From Chiloscyllium plagiosum (taxonomy: Eukaryota), in NCBI RefSeq assembly GCF_004010195.1, contig NC_057755.1, forward strand, positions 2,477,474-2,512,329: DNA of 34,856 bases, given 5' to 3'. The notes under the pieces were generated by a model that searched no databases, had not been told where the DNA came from, and was given only the letters and a program-made list of their open reading frames with translations. Both the position numbers and the translations under genes were made by a program. The stretch's first letter is position 1. The number at the start of each line of letters is the position of its first letter. Positions 1 through 11,269 of the stretch are shown here, piece by piece.

Positions 1-3000
1 ACACTCACCCTTACCAGTCCTACTGTCCACTGTGCTGGGTGTACACTCCCCCTCACCGGTCCCACATTCCACTGTGCTGGGTGTACACCCTTTCTCACTG
101 GGGCCCACACTCCTTTGTGCTGGGTGTACACCCCACCTCACCAGGCGCACTCCCCCTGTGCTGTGTGTACACTCCTCCTCTCCGGACCCACTCTCCCCTG
201 TGTTGGGTGTACAATCCTCCTCACCGGGCCTACTCTCCCCTGTCTTGGATGTACACTCCCCCTCACCAGGCCCACTCTCCCCTCTACTGTGTGTACACCC
301 CTCCACATCGTGCCCACTCTCACCTGCGCTGGGTGAACACTCTTGCTCACCGGGCCCCATCTCCCCTTGCTGTGTGTACACTCCACCTAACACGGCCCAC
401 TCCACCCTGTTTAGGGTGTACACACCTCCTAAACTAGCCCCCTGTGCCGAGCTTACTCTCCCCCTCACCGGACCCACTTTCCGCTATGCTGAACGCATAC
501 TCCCCCTAACCGGGGCCACTCTCCCCTGTGCTGGGTGTACACTCCAACTCACTGAGCCCACTCTCCCTTTTTCTGGGTGTAAACTTCCCCTCACCGGGCC
601 CACTCTCCCCTGTGCTGNNNNNNNNNNNNNNNNNNNNNNNNNNNNNNNNNNNNNNNNNNNNNNNNNNNNNNNNNNNNNNNNNNNNNNNNNNNNNNNNNNN
701 NNNNNNNNNNNNNNNNNNNNNNNNNNNNNNNNNNNNNNNNNNNNNNNNNNNNNNNNNNNNNNNNNNNNNNNNNNNNNNNNNNNNNNNNNNNNNNNNNNNN
801 NNNNNNNNNNNNNNNNNNNNNNNNNNNNNNNNNNNNNNNNNNNNNNNNNNNNNNNNNNNNNNNNNNNNNNNNNNNNNNNNNNNNNNNNNNNNNNNNNNNN
901 NNNNNNNNNNNNNNNNNNNNNNNNNNNNNNNNNNNNNNNNNNNNNNNNNNNNNNNNNNNNNNNNNNNNNNNNNNNNNNNNNNNNNNNNNNNNNNNNNNNN
1001 NNNNNNNNNNNNNNNNNNNNNNNNNNNNNNNNNNNNNNNNNNNNNNNNNNNNNNNNNNNNNNNNNNNNNNNNNNNNNNNNNNNNNNNNNNNNNNNNNNNN
1101 NNNNNNNNNNNNNNNNNNNNNNNNNNNNNNNNNNNNNNNNNNNNNNNNNNNNNNNNNNNNNNNNNNNNNNNNNNNNNNNNNNNNNNNNNNNNNNNNNNNN
1201 NNNNNNNNNNNNNNNNNNNNNNNNNNNNNNNNNNNNNNNNNNNNNNNNNNNCCCTCACCAGGCCCACTCTTCCCTGTACTGGGTGTACACCCCTCCACAT
1301 CAGGCCCACTCTCCCCTGTGCTGTCTATACACTCCACCTCACCGGGGCCACTTTCCCCTGTGCTGGGGGTACACCCCTCCTCCCCGTCCCTCTCTCCCTT
1401 GTGTTGGGTAAACTCTCCCCCTCACTGGCACAATCTCCACTGTGCTGTGTGTACACTCCCCCTCATTGGCCCACTCTACACTGTGTTGGGTGTACTCACC
1501 TCCTAATCGATCCCACTCTCCCCTGTGCTCGGTATATTCCCCACCTCACCGTGCCCGCACTCCCCTGTGCTGGGTGTACACTCACCCTTACCAGTCCTAC
1601 TCTCCACTGTGCTGGTTGTACACTCCCCCTCACCGGTCCCACTTTCCACTGTGCTGGGTGTACACCCTTTCTCACTGGGGCCCACACTCCTTTGTGCTGT
1701 GTGTACACCCCACCTCACCGGGCCCACTCCCCCTGTGCTGTGTGTACACTCCTCCTCTCCGGACTCACTCTCCCCTGTGCTGAATGTACACTCCTCCTCT
1801 CAGGGTCCACTCTCCCCTGTGCTTGGTGTACACTCCTCCTCACCGGGCCCATTTACCCCTGTGCTCCGTGTACACCTCTCCTCAATGGGCCCACTGTCCC
1901 CTGTGCTGGGTGAACACTCACCCTCACTGCTCCCACTCTTCCCTGTGCTGGGTCTCCACTCCCCCTCACCGGTCCCACTTTCCCCTGTGCTGGACGTACA
2001 CCCCTCCTCACCAGGACCTCTCCCCCTTGTGCTGTGTGTACACTGCTCCTTCACTGTGCTGGGTGTACTCTCCTCTTCATCGGGCCAGTCTACCCTGTGC
2101 TGGGTGTACACTCCTCCTGACCGTGCCCACTCCCCCATGTGCTGGTTGTACACTCCATCTCACCGGGCCCTCTCTCCCTTCTATTGGCCGTACACACCTC
2201 CTCACCGGGCCCAACCTCCTCTGTGCTGTGTGTACAATCCCCTCACCGGGCCTACTCTCCCATGTCTTTGGTGTACACACCCCCTCACCAGGCCCACTCT
2301 TCCCTGTGCTGTGTGTACACTCCTCCTCACTGGCACGCTCTCCCCTGTGCTGATTTACACTTCAAATCACGGGGCCCATTTACCACTGTATTGGGTGTAC
2401 ACTGCCCCTCCCCAGGCCCACTCTCTAACGTACTGGTTGTACATCGCTCCACATTGGGCCCTCTCTCCCCTGCGCTGCGTGTACACTCCTCCTCACCGGG
2501 CCCACTCTCCCCTGTGCTGGGCTTACACCCCTCCTCTCCGTCCATCTCTCCCCTGTGTTGGGTGTACACTCCCCCTCACTGGCACACTCTACCCGTGCTG
2601 AGTGTACTTACCTCCTAACTGGGCCCACTCACCCTGTGCTGGGTGTACACCCCTCCTCACCGGGCCCACTTTCCCCTTTGCTGTGCGTACACTCCCCAAA
2701 CCGGGCCCACTCTCCCTAGTGCTGGGCTTACTCCCTCCCTCACCGGGCCCAATCTCCGCTGTGCTGAGCGTACACTCCCCCTAACCGGGCCAACTCTCCC
2801 TTGCGCTGTGTGTGCACTCCTCCTCACTGAGCCCACTCTCCCACTCTCCCATGTGCTGGGTGTACTCTCCCCCTCACCGGGCCCAATCTCCCCTTTGCTG
2901 AGAGTACACTCCCTCAAGCCGGGCCCACTCTCCCTTGTGCTGGGCTTACTCTCCACCTCCCCGGACCCACTCTCCGCTGTGCTGAGCGTACACTCCCCCT

Positions 3001-4352
3001 ATACGGGCCCGCTCTCCCCTGCGCTGGGTGTACACTCCTCCTCACTGAGCCCACTCTCCCTTGTGCTGGGTTTACACGCCCCCTCACCAGGCACACTCTC
3101 CCCTGTGCTGGGTTTGCAATCCCCATCAACGGGCCCTCTCACCCCTGTGCTGTGTGCATCATCCTCCTCACTGCACCCACTCTCCCCACTGCAGGGTGTA
3201 CACTCCCCCTCACCGTGCCCATTTACCCCTGTGCTGGGCGTATACTGTAACTCACTGGGCCCTTTTTTCCCCTATGCTGTGTGTACACTCCCCATCACTG
3301 GTCTCACTCTCCCTTGTGCTGGGTGTACACTCCTCCTCACAGGGACCACTCTCCCCTGTGCAGTGTGTGCACTCCTCCTCACCGGGCCCTCTGAGCCCCT
3401 GTGCTGGGCGTACACTCCTCCTCACCGGTCCTACTCTCCACTGTGCTGGGCGTACACTTCCCTTCACATAGCCCACTCTCCCCTGTGCTGGGTGTACACT
3501 CACCCTCATCGATCCCACTCTCCCCTGTGGTGGGTGTACACTCTCCCTCACCGTTTCAACTTTCCCCTGTGCTGGGTGTACACCCCTCCTCACCGGGCCC
3601 ACGCTCCCCTGTGCTGTGTGTACAGCACTCCTCACCCGGCCCACTCTTCCCTGTGCTGGGTGTACTCTCCTCTTAATCGGGCCAGTCTACCATGTGCTGG
3701 GTGTATACTACTCCTCACCAGGCAAACGCTCCCCTGTGCTGGGTGTACACTCCCCAGAACCAGACCCACTCACCCATGTGGAGAAAGTGATGTCTGCAGA
3801 TGCTGGAGATCAGAGATGTAAATGTGTTGCTGGAAAAGCGCAGCAGGTCAGGCAGCATCCAGGGAACAGGAGAATCGACGTTTCGGGCATAAGCCCTTCT
3901 TCCTGAGATGGAGTGTACACCCATGTGCTGGGTGTACACTCCATCTCACCAGGCCCTCTCTCCCCTGTAATGGGCGCACACTCCTCCTCACCGGGCCCAA
4001 TCTCCCCTGTGCTGGATGTACATTCCCCCGAACCGGGCCCACTCTCCGCTGTACTGAATATACACTCCTAACCGTGCCCACTCTCCCTTGTGCTGGGTTT
4101 AAAATTCTCCTCATCGGGCCCACCCACCCCTGTGCTGTGTGCACCATCCTCCTCACCGCACCCACTATCCCCTGTGCTGGGTGTACACTCCTCCTCAACT
4201 GGCCCATTTACCCCTGTGCTCGATGCACACTCACCCTCACCGGTCCAACTCTCCCTTTTGCTGGGTGTACACTCCTCCTCACGGTCCCACTCTCCCTTTT
4301 GCTGGGTATACACCCCTCCTTACCGTGCCCACTCTCCCTTGTGCTGGGTGTA
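1..4352. repeat. 42-bp C-rich tandem satellite (consensus about CCCTGTGCTGGGTGTACACTCCTCCTCACCGGGCCCACTCTC); spans N-gap 618-1251; interrupted at 3781-3917
   Basis: Period measured directly (gtacac at 2481 recurs as ttacac at 2523). ORF track shows 14-aa periodic translations (PLCWVYTPPHRAHS, PCAGCTLLLTGPTL, PVLGVHSSSPGPLS). Confidence 0.95.
3781..3917 (-). mobile_element. Short Penelope-like terminal-repeat insertion in the satellite, with 10-bp target-site duplication
   Basis: 3781-3903 is nearly identical to 34599-34720. Flanked by the direct repeat cacccatgtg (3771-3780 and 3918-3927). Confidence 0.85.
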
Positions 4353-4798
4353 CCGTGGGATGGGGAGTTAAAGTGTTCGGCCACGGGGCGGTTTGGTTGG
4401 TTGGTGCGGGTGTCCCAGAGGTGTTCTCTGACACGTTCCACTCCCCCTCCTACTCCGCCAAGGACATGCAGGTCCTTGGCCTCCTCCATTGCCAGACCAT
4501 AGTAACATGACGCCTGGAGAAGAGCGCCTCATCTTATCCCTCGGAACCATCCAACCACAAGGGATGAATGCAGATTTCTCCAGCTTCCTCCTTTTTTCCT
4601 CCCCCTACCTTATCTTAGCCCCAACCCTCGGACTCAGCACCGTCTTCTTGAACTGCAATCTTCTTTCTGACCTGTCCGCTCCCGCCCCCTCTCTGACCTA
4701 TCACCCTCATCTTAACCTCCTTCCACCTATCGCATTCCCAACGCCCCTCCCCCAAGACCCTCCTCCCTACCTTTTATCTTAGTCTGCTTGCCACACCT
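4353..4798 (+). mobile_element. Penelope-like element 3' fragment (C-terminal part of the GIY-YIG region plus 3' UTR) with inverted 5' part
   Basis: Minus strand 4355-4437 reads REHLWDTRTNQPNRPVAEHFNSPSH. The plus strand then continues KDMQVLGLLHCQ...EERLILSLGTIQPQGMNADFSSF. Both match the GIY-YIG element at 25277-26485; 4690-4795 matches the reverse complement of 34740-34856. Confidence 0.85.
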
Positions 4799-4809
4799 GA
4801 CATGATCAG

Positions 4810-4948
4810 CTAAAAGCTTGGCTAACATCAAGTGGATTCACACTGCGGACCAGCTATGGGGAATGTATGAATAATGTGATGGGATGCAGATCACCATCTG
4901 AACTGGAAACTCATCAATGCAGTCACACCAAGGAGATACCATTCACCC
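4810..4948 (+). pseudogene. Degenerate C2H2 zinc-finger fragment
   Basis: Manual translation gives IHTADQLWECMNNVMGCRSPSELETHQCSHTKEIPFT, a decayed HTGEKPWKCxxCGKGFxSPSELETHxRxHTGERPFT finger and linker. Confidence 0.7.
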
Positions 4949-4959
4949 GCTCCAACTCG

Positions 4960-5175
4960 AATCAGCGGCCCTACGGTCAGAAAGAGGCCACTCAGCCCAT
5001 CAAGTTTGCACCAACCTTCCAATGATCATCACACCCAGATGCAGCACTCTACCCTTTCCGCATTACCCTGCACTTTACCATGGCCAATCAACCAAACCTG
5101 CACATCTTTCAACTGTTGGTGTGGGTGGGGGAGAAACCCATGCAGACATGGTGAGAACATATATACTCCACACAT
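4960..5175 (-). mobile_element. Diverged, 5'-truncated HE1-type SINE
   Basis: Shares ggccaatc..acctgcacatctt..gaaaccca.gcagaca.gg.gagaa..actccacaca with the SINE at 13513-13826. Confidence 0.75.
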
Positions 5176-5177
5176 TC

Positions 5178-6690
5178 AGAGATTCATATGGAGATACAGC
5201 ATGGAAACAGACCCATCGGTCCAACCTGTTCATGCCAACCAGATATCCAAAACAAATTTAGTCCCATTTGACAACACTTGGCTAATATCCCTCTTAACTT
5301 TCCTATTCATACACCCATTCAAATGCCTTTTAAACGCTGGAATTGTACCAGCCTCAACCACTTCCTCTGGCTGCTCATTCCATACACATACCACCCTCTG
5401 TGTGAAAAAGTTGGCTTGGGTTCCTTTCATATCTTTTGCCTCTTAGCCTGAATCTATGCCCTCTAGTTCTTAACTCTCCCACCCCAGAGAAAAGACTTTG
5501 TTTATTTACCTTATGTATGCCCCTCATGATTTTATAAACATCTATCAGGTCACCCCTCAGGCTCCGACGCTCCATGGAAAACAGCCTCAGCCTGTTCAAC
5601 CTCTCCCTCCAATCCTGGCAATGTCCCTGTAAATATTTTCTAAATCGTCTCAAGTTTCACAACATCCTCCTGATAGGAAGGAAACCAGAATTGCATGTAA
5701 TATTCCAACAGTGGCCTAGCCAATGTCCTGTGCAGCTACAACATGACCTCCCAACTCCAATACTCCTCCGAGGGCCCTAACATTCCATTGGACCTTACCA
5801 TTACGTGTATAAGTCCTGCCAAGATTTGCTTTCCTAAAATGCAGCACCTCGCATTTATCTAAATTAAACTCCATTGGCCACTCCTCAGCCCATTGGCCCA
5901 TCTGATCAAGATCCCGTTGTAATCTGTGGTAACCTTTTTTGCTGTCCATTACACCTCCAATTTTGGTGTCATCTGCAAACTTACGTACTGTACCTCTTAT
6001 GTTCACATCCAAATCATCTTTATAAATGATGAAAAGTAGTGGACCTAGCAGCGATCCTTGGCACTCCACTGGTCACAGGCCTCCAGTCCGGAAAACTATC
6101 CTCCACCACCACCCTCTGTCTTCTACTTTTGAGCCAGTTCTTTATCCAAATGGCTCGTTCTTCCTGTATTCCCATGTGGAACCTTGTTGAACGCTTCACT
6201 GAAGTCCATATAGATCATATCCACCACTCTGTTCTCATCAATCCTCTTTGTTACTTCTTCAAAAAGCTCAATCAAGTTCATGAGACATGATTTCCCACAC
6301 ACAAATTTTCCCTGTTGACTATCCATAATCAGTCCTTGACTTTCCAAATACATGTACATCCTCTCCCTCAGGATTCCCTTCAACAACGAACCCACCACTG
6401 ATGTCAGGCTCACCGGTCTATTGTTCCCTGGCTTCTCCTTACCATCTTTCATGAACAGTCACACTACGTTAGCCAACCTCCAGTTTTCTGGCACCTCACC
6501 TCTGACTATTGATGATACAAGTATCTCAGTAAGGTGCCCAGCAATCACTTCCCTAGCTTCCCACAGAGTTTTAGGGTACACCTGACCAGGTCCTGGACAT
6601 CCACTTGTATGCATTTCAGGACATGCAGAACCTCCTCCTCTGGAATGTGGACTTTTTTCAAGATGACACCATCCACTTCCCCACATTCTA
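5178..6690 (-). mobile_element. CR1/HER1-type LINE ORF2 remnant with 3' tail
   Basis: Minus-strand ORFs give PGNNRPVSLTSVVG, MDFSEAFNKVPH, QGSLLGPLLF, KFADDTKIGG, LRGDLIDVYKIMRG and NFFTQRVVCVWN; frameshifted and deleted. Confidence 0.92.
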
Positions 6691-6744
6691 TATTTTCATC
6701 CAAGTCTGGAATTGGACCGAGGTCCTTCGAGCTGTGGGCCAGTA

Positions 6745-7455
6745 TTGTTAAGCAGTGTACCATATTCACTCAATCATCCCAACTGTTAATACATGACCAC
6801 GTTCACACTGGGGAGTTGGCTTTAAAATATCCAAATTGTGGGAGATGCAGTAAAAAATACTTGGGAACAGACACACCATCAAAGTGTACACACTGAGGAG
6901 AGGCCACTCAGATGTTCTCACTGCAGACCTGGTTCAGGCAACGAGCTCAACCCACTGTGTTCGCACCGGGGCGTGGCAGGGGTGCGTGCGGGGGAAGTGC
7001 CATGGATGGAGGCGGGGTGGGGTGTGACGGGGGCAGGCACCGGGGCAGGGCCGTAGGCGGAGACAGTGGCGGGGGCAGGGATGTGGTGGGAAGGTGGTGG
7101 GTCCTGAAGCAGAGGCAGAGGCGGGGAATATTCACCTGCTTAGAATAGGGAAAATGATTCACTCATTTATTCAATTGTCTGGCACATCAGTGAGGTCCCA
7201 CTGACCTTTTAACTATCCACACACTGAAATGCTTTAAAAGTAGCGGGGATCTGATTTCCCATCTATGTGTTCGTGCATGATATACCATTCAGGTGCTCTC
7301 ACAGGGTGGCTGGGTTCAAGTGTTCTTCCAATCTCAGTGTACACCAGTGAGTTCACATGAGGAGAGACTGTTCTCCAGTCGGGACGATGGGAAAGGATTT
7401 GCTTAGCCATCCCACTTGTAAAGACACCCCTCAGTTCACAAGAAATTACAGTGAT
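6745..7455 (+). pseudogene. C2H2 zinc-finger exon remnant (several decayed fingers) split by a G-rich insert
   Basis: FTQSSQLLIHDHVHTGE, HQSVHTEERPLRCSHC, FTCLE*GK*FTH...AHQ, PFRCSH..GFKCSSNL; stops and frameshifts present. Confidence 0.8.
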
Positions 7456-7651
7456 TGAATTGTTCTAAGCATCAGCCCAGTTCCAGGGGTAAATATTTTG
7501 GGTAGAAGTCAAACAAGAGTCAGTCTCCTGTTCAACTGACACGTCATCTCACAGAGTCACAGAGACAGAATTGGACAGCATGGAAGAAGACCCTTCGGTC
7601 CAACTGAACAACCAGATATCCAAACCTAACCATTTGCCAGCACTTGGCTCA

Positions 7652-7686
7652 TATCCTGATGAAGGGCTTTTGCCTGAAACATCGAT
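7652..7686 (+). ncRNA. Minimal type I hammerhead-ribozyme motif
   Basis: AUC-CUGAUGA-A-GGGC-UUUU-GCCU-GAAAC-AUC-GAU: core boxes, helix II hairpin and AUC/GAU helix I. Confidence 0.6.
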
Positions 7687-7783
7687 TTTCCTACTCCTCA
7701 GATACTGCGTGGCCTGCTGTGCATTTCCAGCAACACTCTAATCTCGACTCTGATTTCCAGCATTTGCAGTCCTCACTTTTGCC
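7655..7783 (+). mobile_element. Short Penelope-like terminal-repeat insertion in a CR1 tail
   Basis: Reverse complement of the 3781/34599 repeat. Flanked by the imperfect duplication cttggctcatat / cttggcccagat. Confidence 0.8.
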
Positions 7784-8839
7784 TTGGCCCAGATACCTCG
7801 AAACCTTCCAAATTCATTTACCCATCCAAATGCCGTTGAAATGTTGCAATTGTACCAGTCTCCACCACTTCGTCTGGCAGCTCATTCCATACGTACACCA
7901 CCTTTGCATGAATATGTTGCCCTTGGGTCGCTTTATATCCTTCCCCTCTCAATCTAAGCCTATATTGTCTAGTTCTGGACCCCCCCCACCCCGGGGAAAA
8001 GACCTTGACTATTTACCCGACATGCCTCTCATGATATTGTAAACCATAAGGTCACCCCTCAGCCTCCGATGCTGCAGGGAAAACAGCCCCAGCCTGATCA
8101 GCCTCTCCCTGTAGCTGAAAAGGTCCAACCCTGGCAACATCTTTGTAAATCTTTTCTGAACGTTTTCACGTTTCACAACATCCTTCCTGTAGCAGGGAGA
8201 TCAAAATCACACGCAGTATTCCACATGTGGCCTAACCAATGTCCTGTACAGCCGCAGTATGACCCCCGAAATCCTAAACTCAATGCACTTACCAATAAAG
8301 GCAAGTATACCAAAGACCTTCTTCACTGTCCAATCTACCTGCAACTCCACTTTCAAATAACTTTGAACATAAGAACAAAGAACAATACAGCACAGGAACA
8401 GGCTCTTTGGCCCTCCAAGTATGCACTGCCACAGCTTGCCCTTCCGCACTAAAGCTGCCTTCACTTAGAGCATCCAAATCCCTTGATTCCCATTCTGTTC
8501 ATGTATTCATCCAGGTGCTTCCTGAATGCCGCTATTGTGTCTGCTTCCACTTCCTCTGGCAGCGCGGTCCAGGAACACACCACCCTTTGTGTAAAGAACC
8601 TGCCTTGCACATCTCTTTTAAACGTCCCCCCCCGCACTTCGTGCCTATGTCCCTGATAATTGACCCCCTCCACCCACACCATGAACCAATTCAAAATGGC
8701 TGACAGATGAATATGGCAATTTACTGATATTCCGGGAGAGTAGAGTGAAACGGACAGACAAATACACACTGACTAAAGGAGAGGGTTTGACAGAAGGATA
8801 GAGATGGTAAGTTAATGGGTAAAACATTGACCAAACCTG

Positions 8840-10882
8840 AGATCTAATCGGTGTAGTTAGTAGTGTTCTTATATCGAATGACAGATACCCAGGAATGAGT
8901 TACAGACTGGAACATAATCAACATGTTCAGGGTGGTTTATATTGGGAAGAACTTATTCCCGAGAGTGAGTTACACACTGGAATATAATCAATATGATCAA
9001 GGTTGTTAATATTGAGAAGAACAGATTCCCGGGAGTGAGTTACACACTGGAATATAATCAGTATGTTCAGGGTGGTTTACATTGAGAAGAACAGATTTCC
9101 GGAAGTGAGTTACAGACTGGAATATAATCGAGGGGTTCATGTTGGTTGATGGGCACAGAAACATGGGAGTAAGTTAGTGATTGGAATCTTATTTAAGGAT
9201 CTAGAGTCGTTTATATTTTGAGTGATGGATGCATGGAAGTGAGTTACAGATTCAAATCTCATCGAGAGATTTCCAAATAGAGTAACAGATACCGTGGAGT
9301 GAATTGCAGACTGGAATCTAATCCAGGAGTTTTGGGTGGTTCATGTTCAGAGTCACAGAGATATGGGAATGAATTACAAATTGGAATCTAATTGAGCAGT
9401 TCGGATGCTTTATATATGGAATAGCACAGACCCAAGAGTAAGTAACAGACTTGAATTTAATTGAGAGGATTTGGGATGGTTTACCTGTAGAATGACAGAT
9501 ACTCAGGAGTGAGTTACAGACTAGAATCTACTTGAGGGATTCGGGGTGGTTTATATATATGGAATAATAGATACCCAGGAGTGTGCTACAGGCTGGAATC
9601 TAATTTTGAATTCGGGTTGGTTTATATATGGAATAACAAATATACATGAATGAGTTACAGATTGGAATCTAATTGATGAATCGGGAGTTTATTTATATAA
9701 AAGTAAAATACCCAAGTAAGACTCGCAAACTGGAAACTAACCCGAGGGACTGGAGATGGTATAAGTACAGAATAACAGATACCTGGGGACGAGTTACAAA
9801 CTGGAATCTAATTGAAATGTCTGAGGTGGGTTGTACGTTGAAGAACAGATACCTGAAATGAGTTACAGATTAGAATCTGATCGAGGAGATTGAGTTGGTT
9901 TATATATATGGAATAGCAAATACTCAAGAGTGAGTTACAGACTGGAATCTGATCGAGGAGGTTGTGTTTGTTTCAATGTGGAATAACATATACTCAGGAG
10001 TAAGTTCCAGACTGGAATCTGATCGAGGAGGTTGTGTTTGTTTCAATGTGGAATAACATATACTCAGGAGTAAGTTCCAGACTGGAATCTGATCGAGGAG
10101 GTTGTGTTTGTTTCAATGTGGATTAATAGATACCCAGGAGAGAGTTACAGACTAGAATTTGATCAAGGATGTTGTGTTGGGTTATATATGGAATAAAAGA
10201 TATATATGAGTGAGTTCCAGATTGGAATCTAATTGGTATATCCAGGCGTTATTTACATTAAAACAAAATCCAAGTTAAAGTTTCAAAATGGAACCGATTG
10301 AAGGGTTTGAGGTGGGTTATATATAGAATAACAGATTCCCGGGAAGAAGTTGCAGACTGGTTTCTAATTGAGTGTTTTGGGGTGGTTTATGTATGGAAGA
10401 ACAGATACCCAGGAGTGATTTACAGACCTAAATCTAATCAAAGGGCTCGGTGTGGTGCATACATGGATTAACAGATACTGAGGCGTGAGTTACAGAGTGA
10501 AATCTACGCAAGCTTTCGATGTGGTTTATATATGGAGTAACAGATATAAGTGAGTTGACAACAGATTAGAATCTAATCGATTGATCGGGGTTAATTTATT
10601 TAAAAAAAAGTGTGAGTTACAAACTGAGATCTAATTGAGGGGTTTGAGGTGGATTATGTCCGAATAATTGATACCCGGGAGTGAGGTACAGTCTGGAATC
10701 TAATCAAGGGGTTTCAGGTGGTGAACATAAACAGCCACAGATGTATCGGAGTGAGTTACAGACTGGAATCCTATCGAGGCGTTTGAGGTGGGTTTGATAT
10801 TTAGAATAACAGAGACCGGGAGTGAGTTACAGACTGGAATCTAATCAAGGATTTTATTGTGGTTTGTATATAGAATAACAGA
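8840..10882. repeat. 70-bp tandem satellite (about GAGTGAGTTACAGACTGGAATCTAATCGAGGGGTTCGGGGTGGTTTATATATAGAATAACAGATACCCGG)
   Basis: tactca.gag recurs at 9921, 9991 and 10061 (period 70); roughly 29 diverged units. Confidence 0.93.
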
Positions 10883-11269
10883 AAGCTGTTTCAGTTTTTG
10901 TACGTTGGAACCTTTCAGAAGTTTGCAAAGTGAGGCAAACATTGCTGGAATGTAACATTGGCTCAGGCATTTACTGCAAACAGCTTCTGGAATCTGCATT
11001 TTAATCACCTTCGAAGAACTCTCTCCAATTCCTACATCTACAAAGAGAATTCATATTTTTTTATGAAGCAATAATGTGGGTAAGGAAACAACTTTAGAGA
11101 GATTGCCCCCAGGGGCAGTATATCACGCCGAACTGAAACTTGGAAAAGTGTAAAAATCAACCAGCAGTTTTCTGTGTTCCTGCTTCCAATTAAACATTTG
11201 ACAGCTTAATTTATCCTACCTCCAGCAAGCATCACTTCACATCTCACATTGTTTCAGTTTGACTGCCCA

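Larger units (their letters stand above)
7570..8690 (-). mobile_element. Two CR1 3' fragments in series, the first interrupted by a Penelope-like repeat
   Basis: LKVELQVDWTVKKVFGILAFI, RLYRTLVRPHVEYCV and RFFTQRVVCSWTALPEEV; second tail (aagaac)n at about 8365-8385. Confidence 0.85.
6690..8996 (+). repeat. Copy A of a ~2.3 kb inverted segmental duplication (partner 32243-34595)
   Basis: Colinear reverse-complement match: tattttcatccaagtctgg (6691) vs ccagacttggatgaaaata (about 34576-34594), the same ORF fragments, and the same nested TE junctions. Confidence 0.93.

Noticed and set aside
32..4510. Many long ORFs (up to 461 aa) as repeat-protein genes
   Set aside because: They are by-products of a stop-poor 42-bp unit: they overlap in five frames, switch frame at indels, and several run through N-gaps.
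1..10882. CRISPR array interpretation of the regular repeats
   Set aside because: Whole units repeat with no unique spacers, there are no cas genes, and the context is vertebrate.
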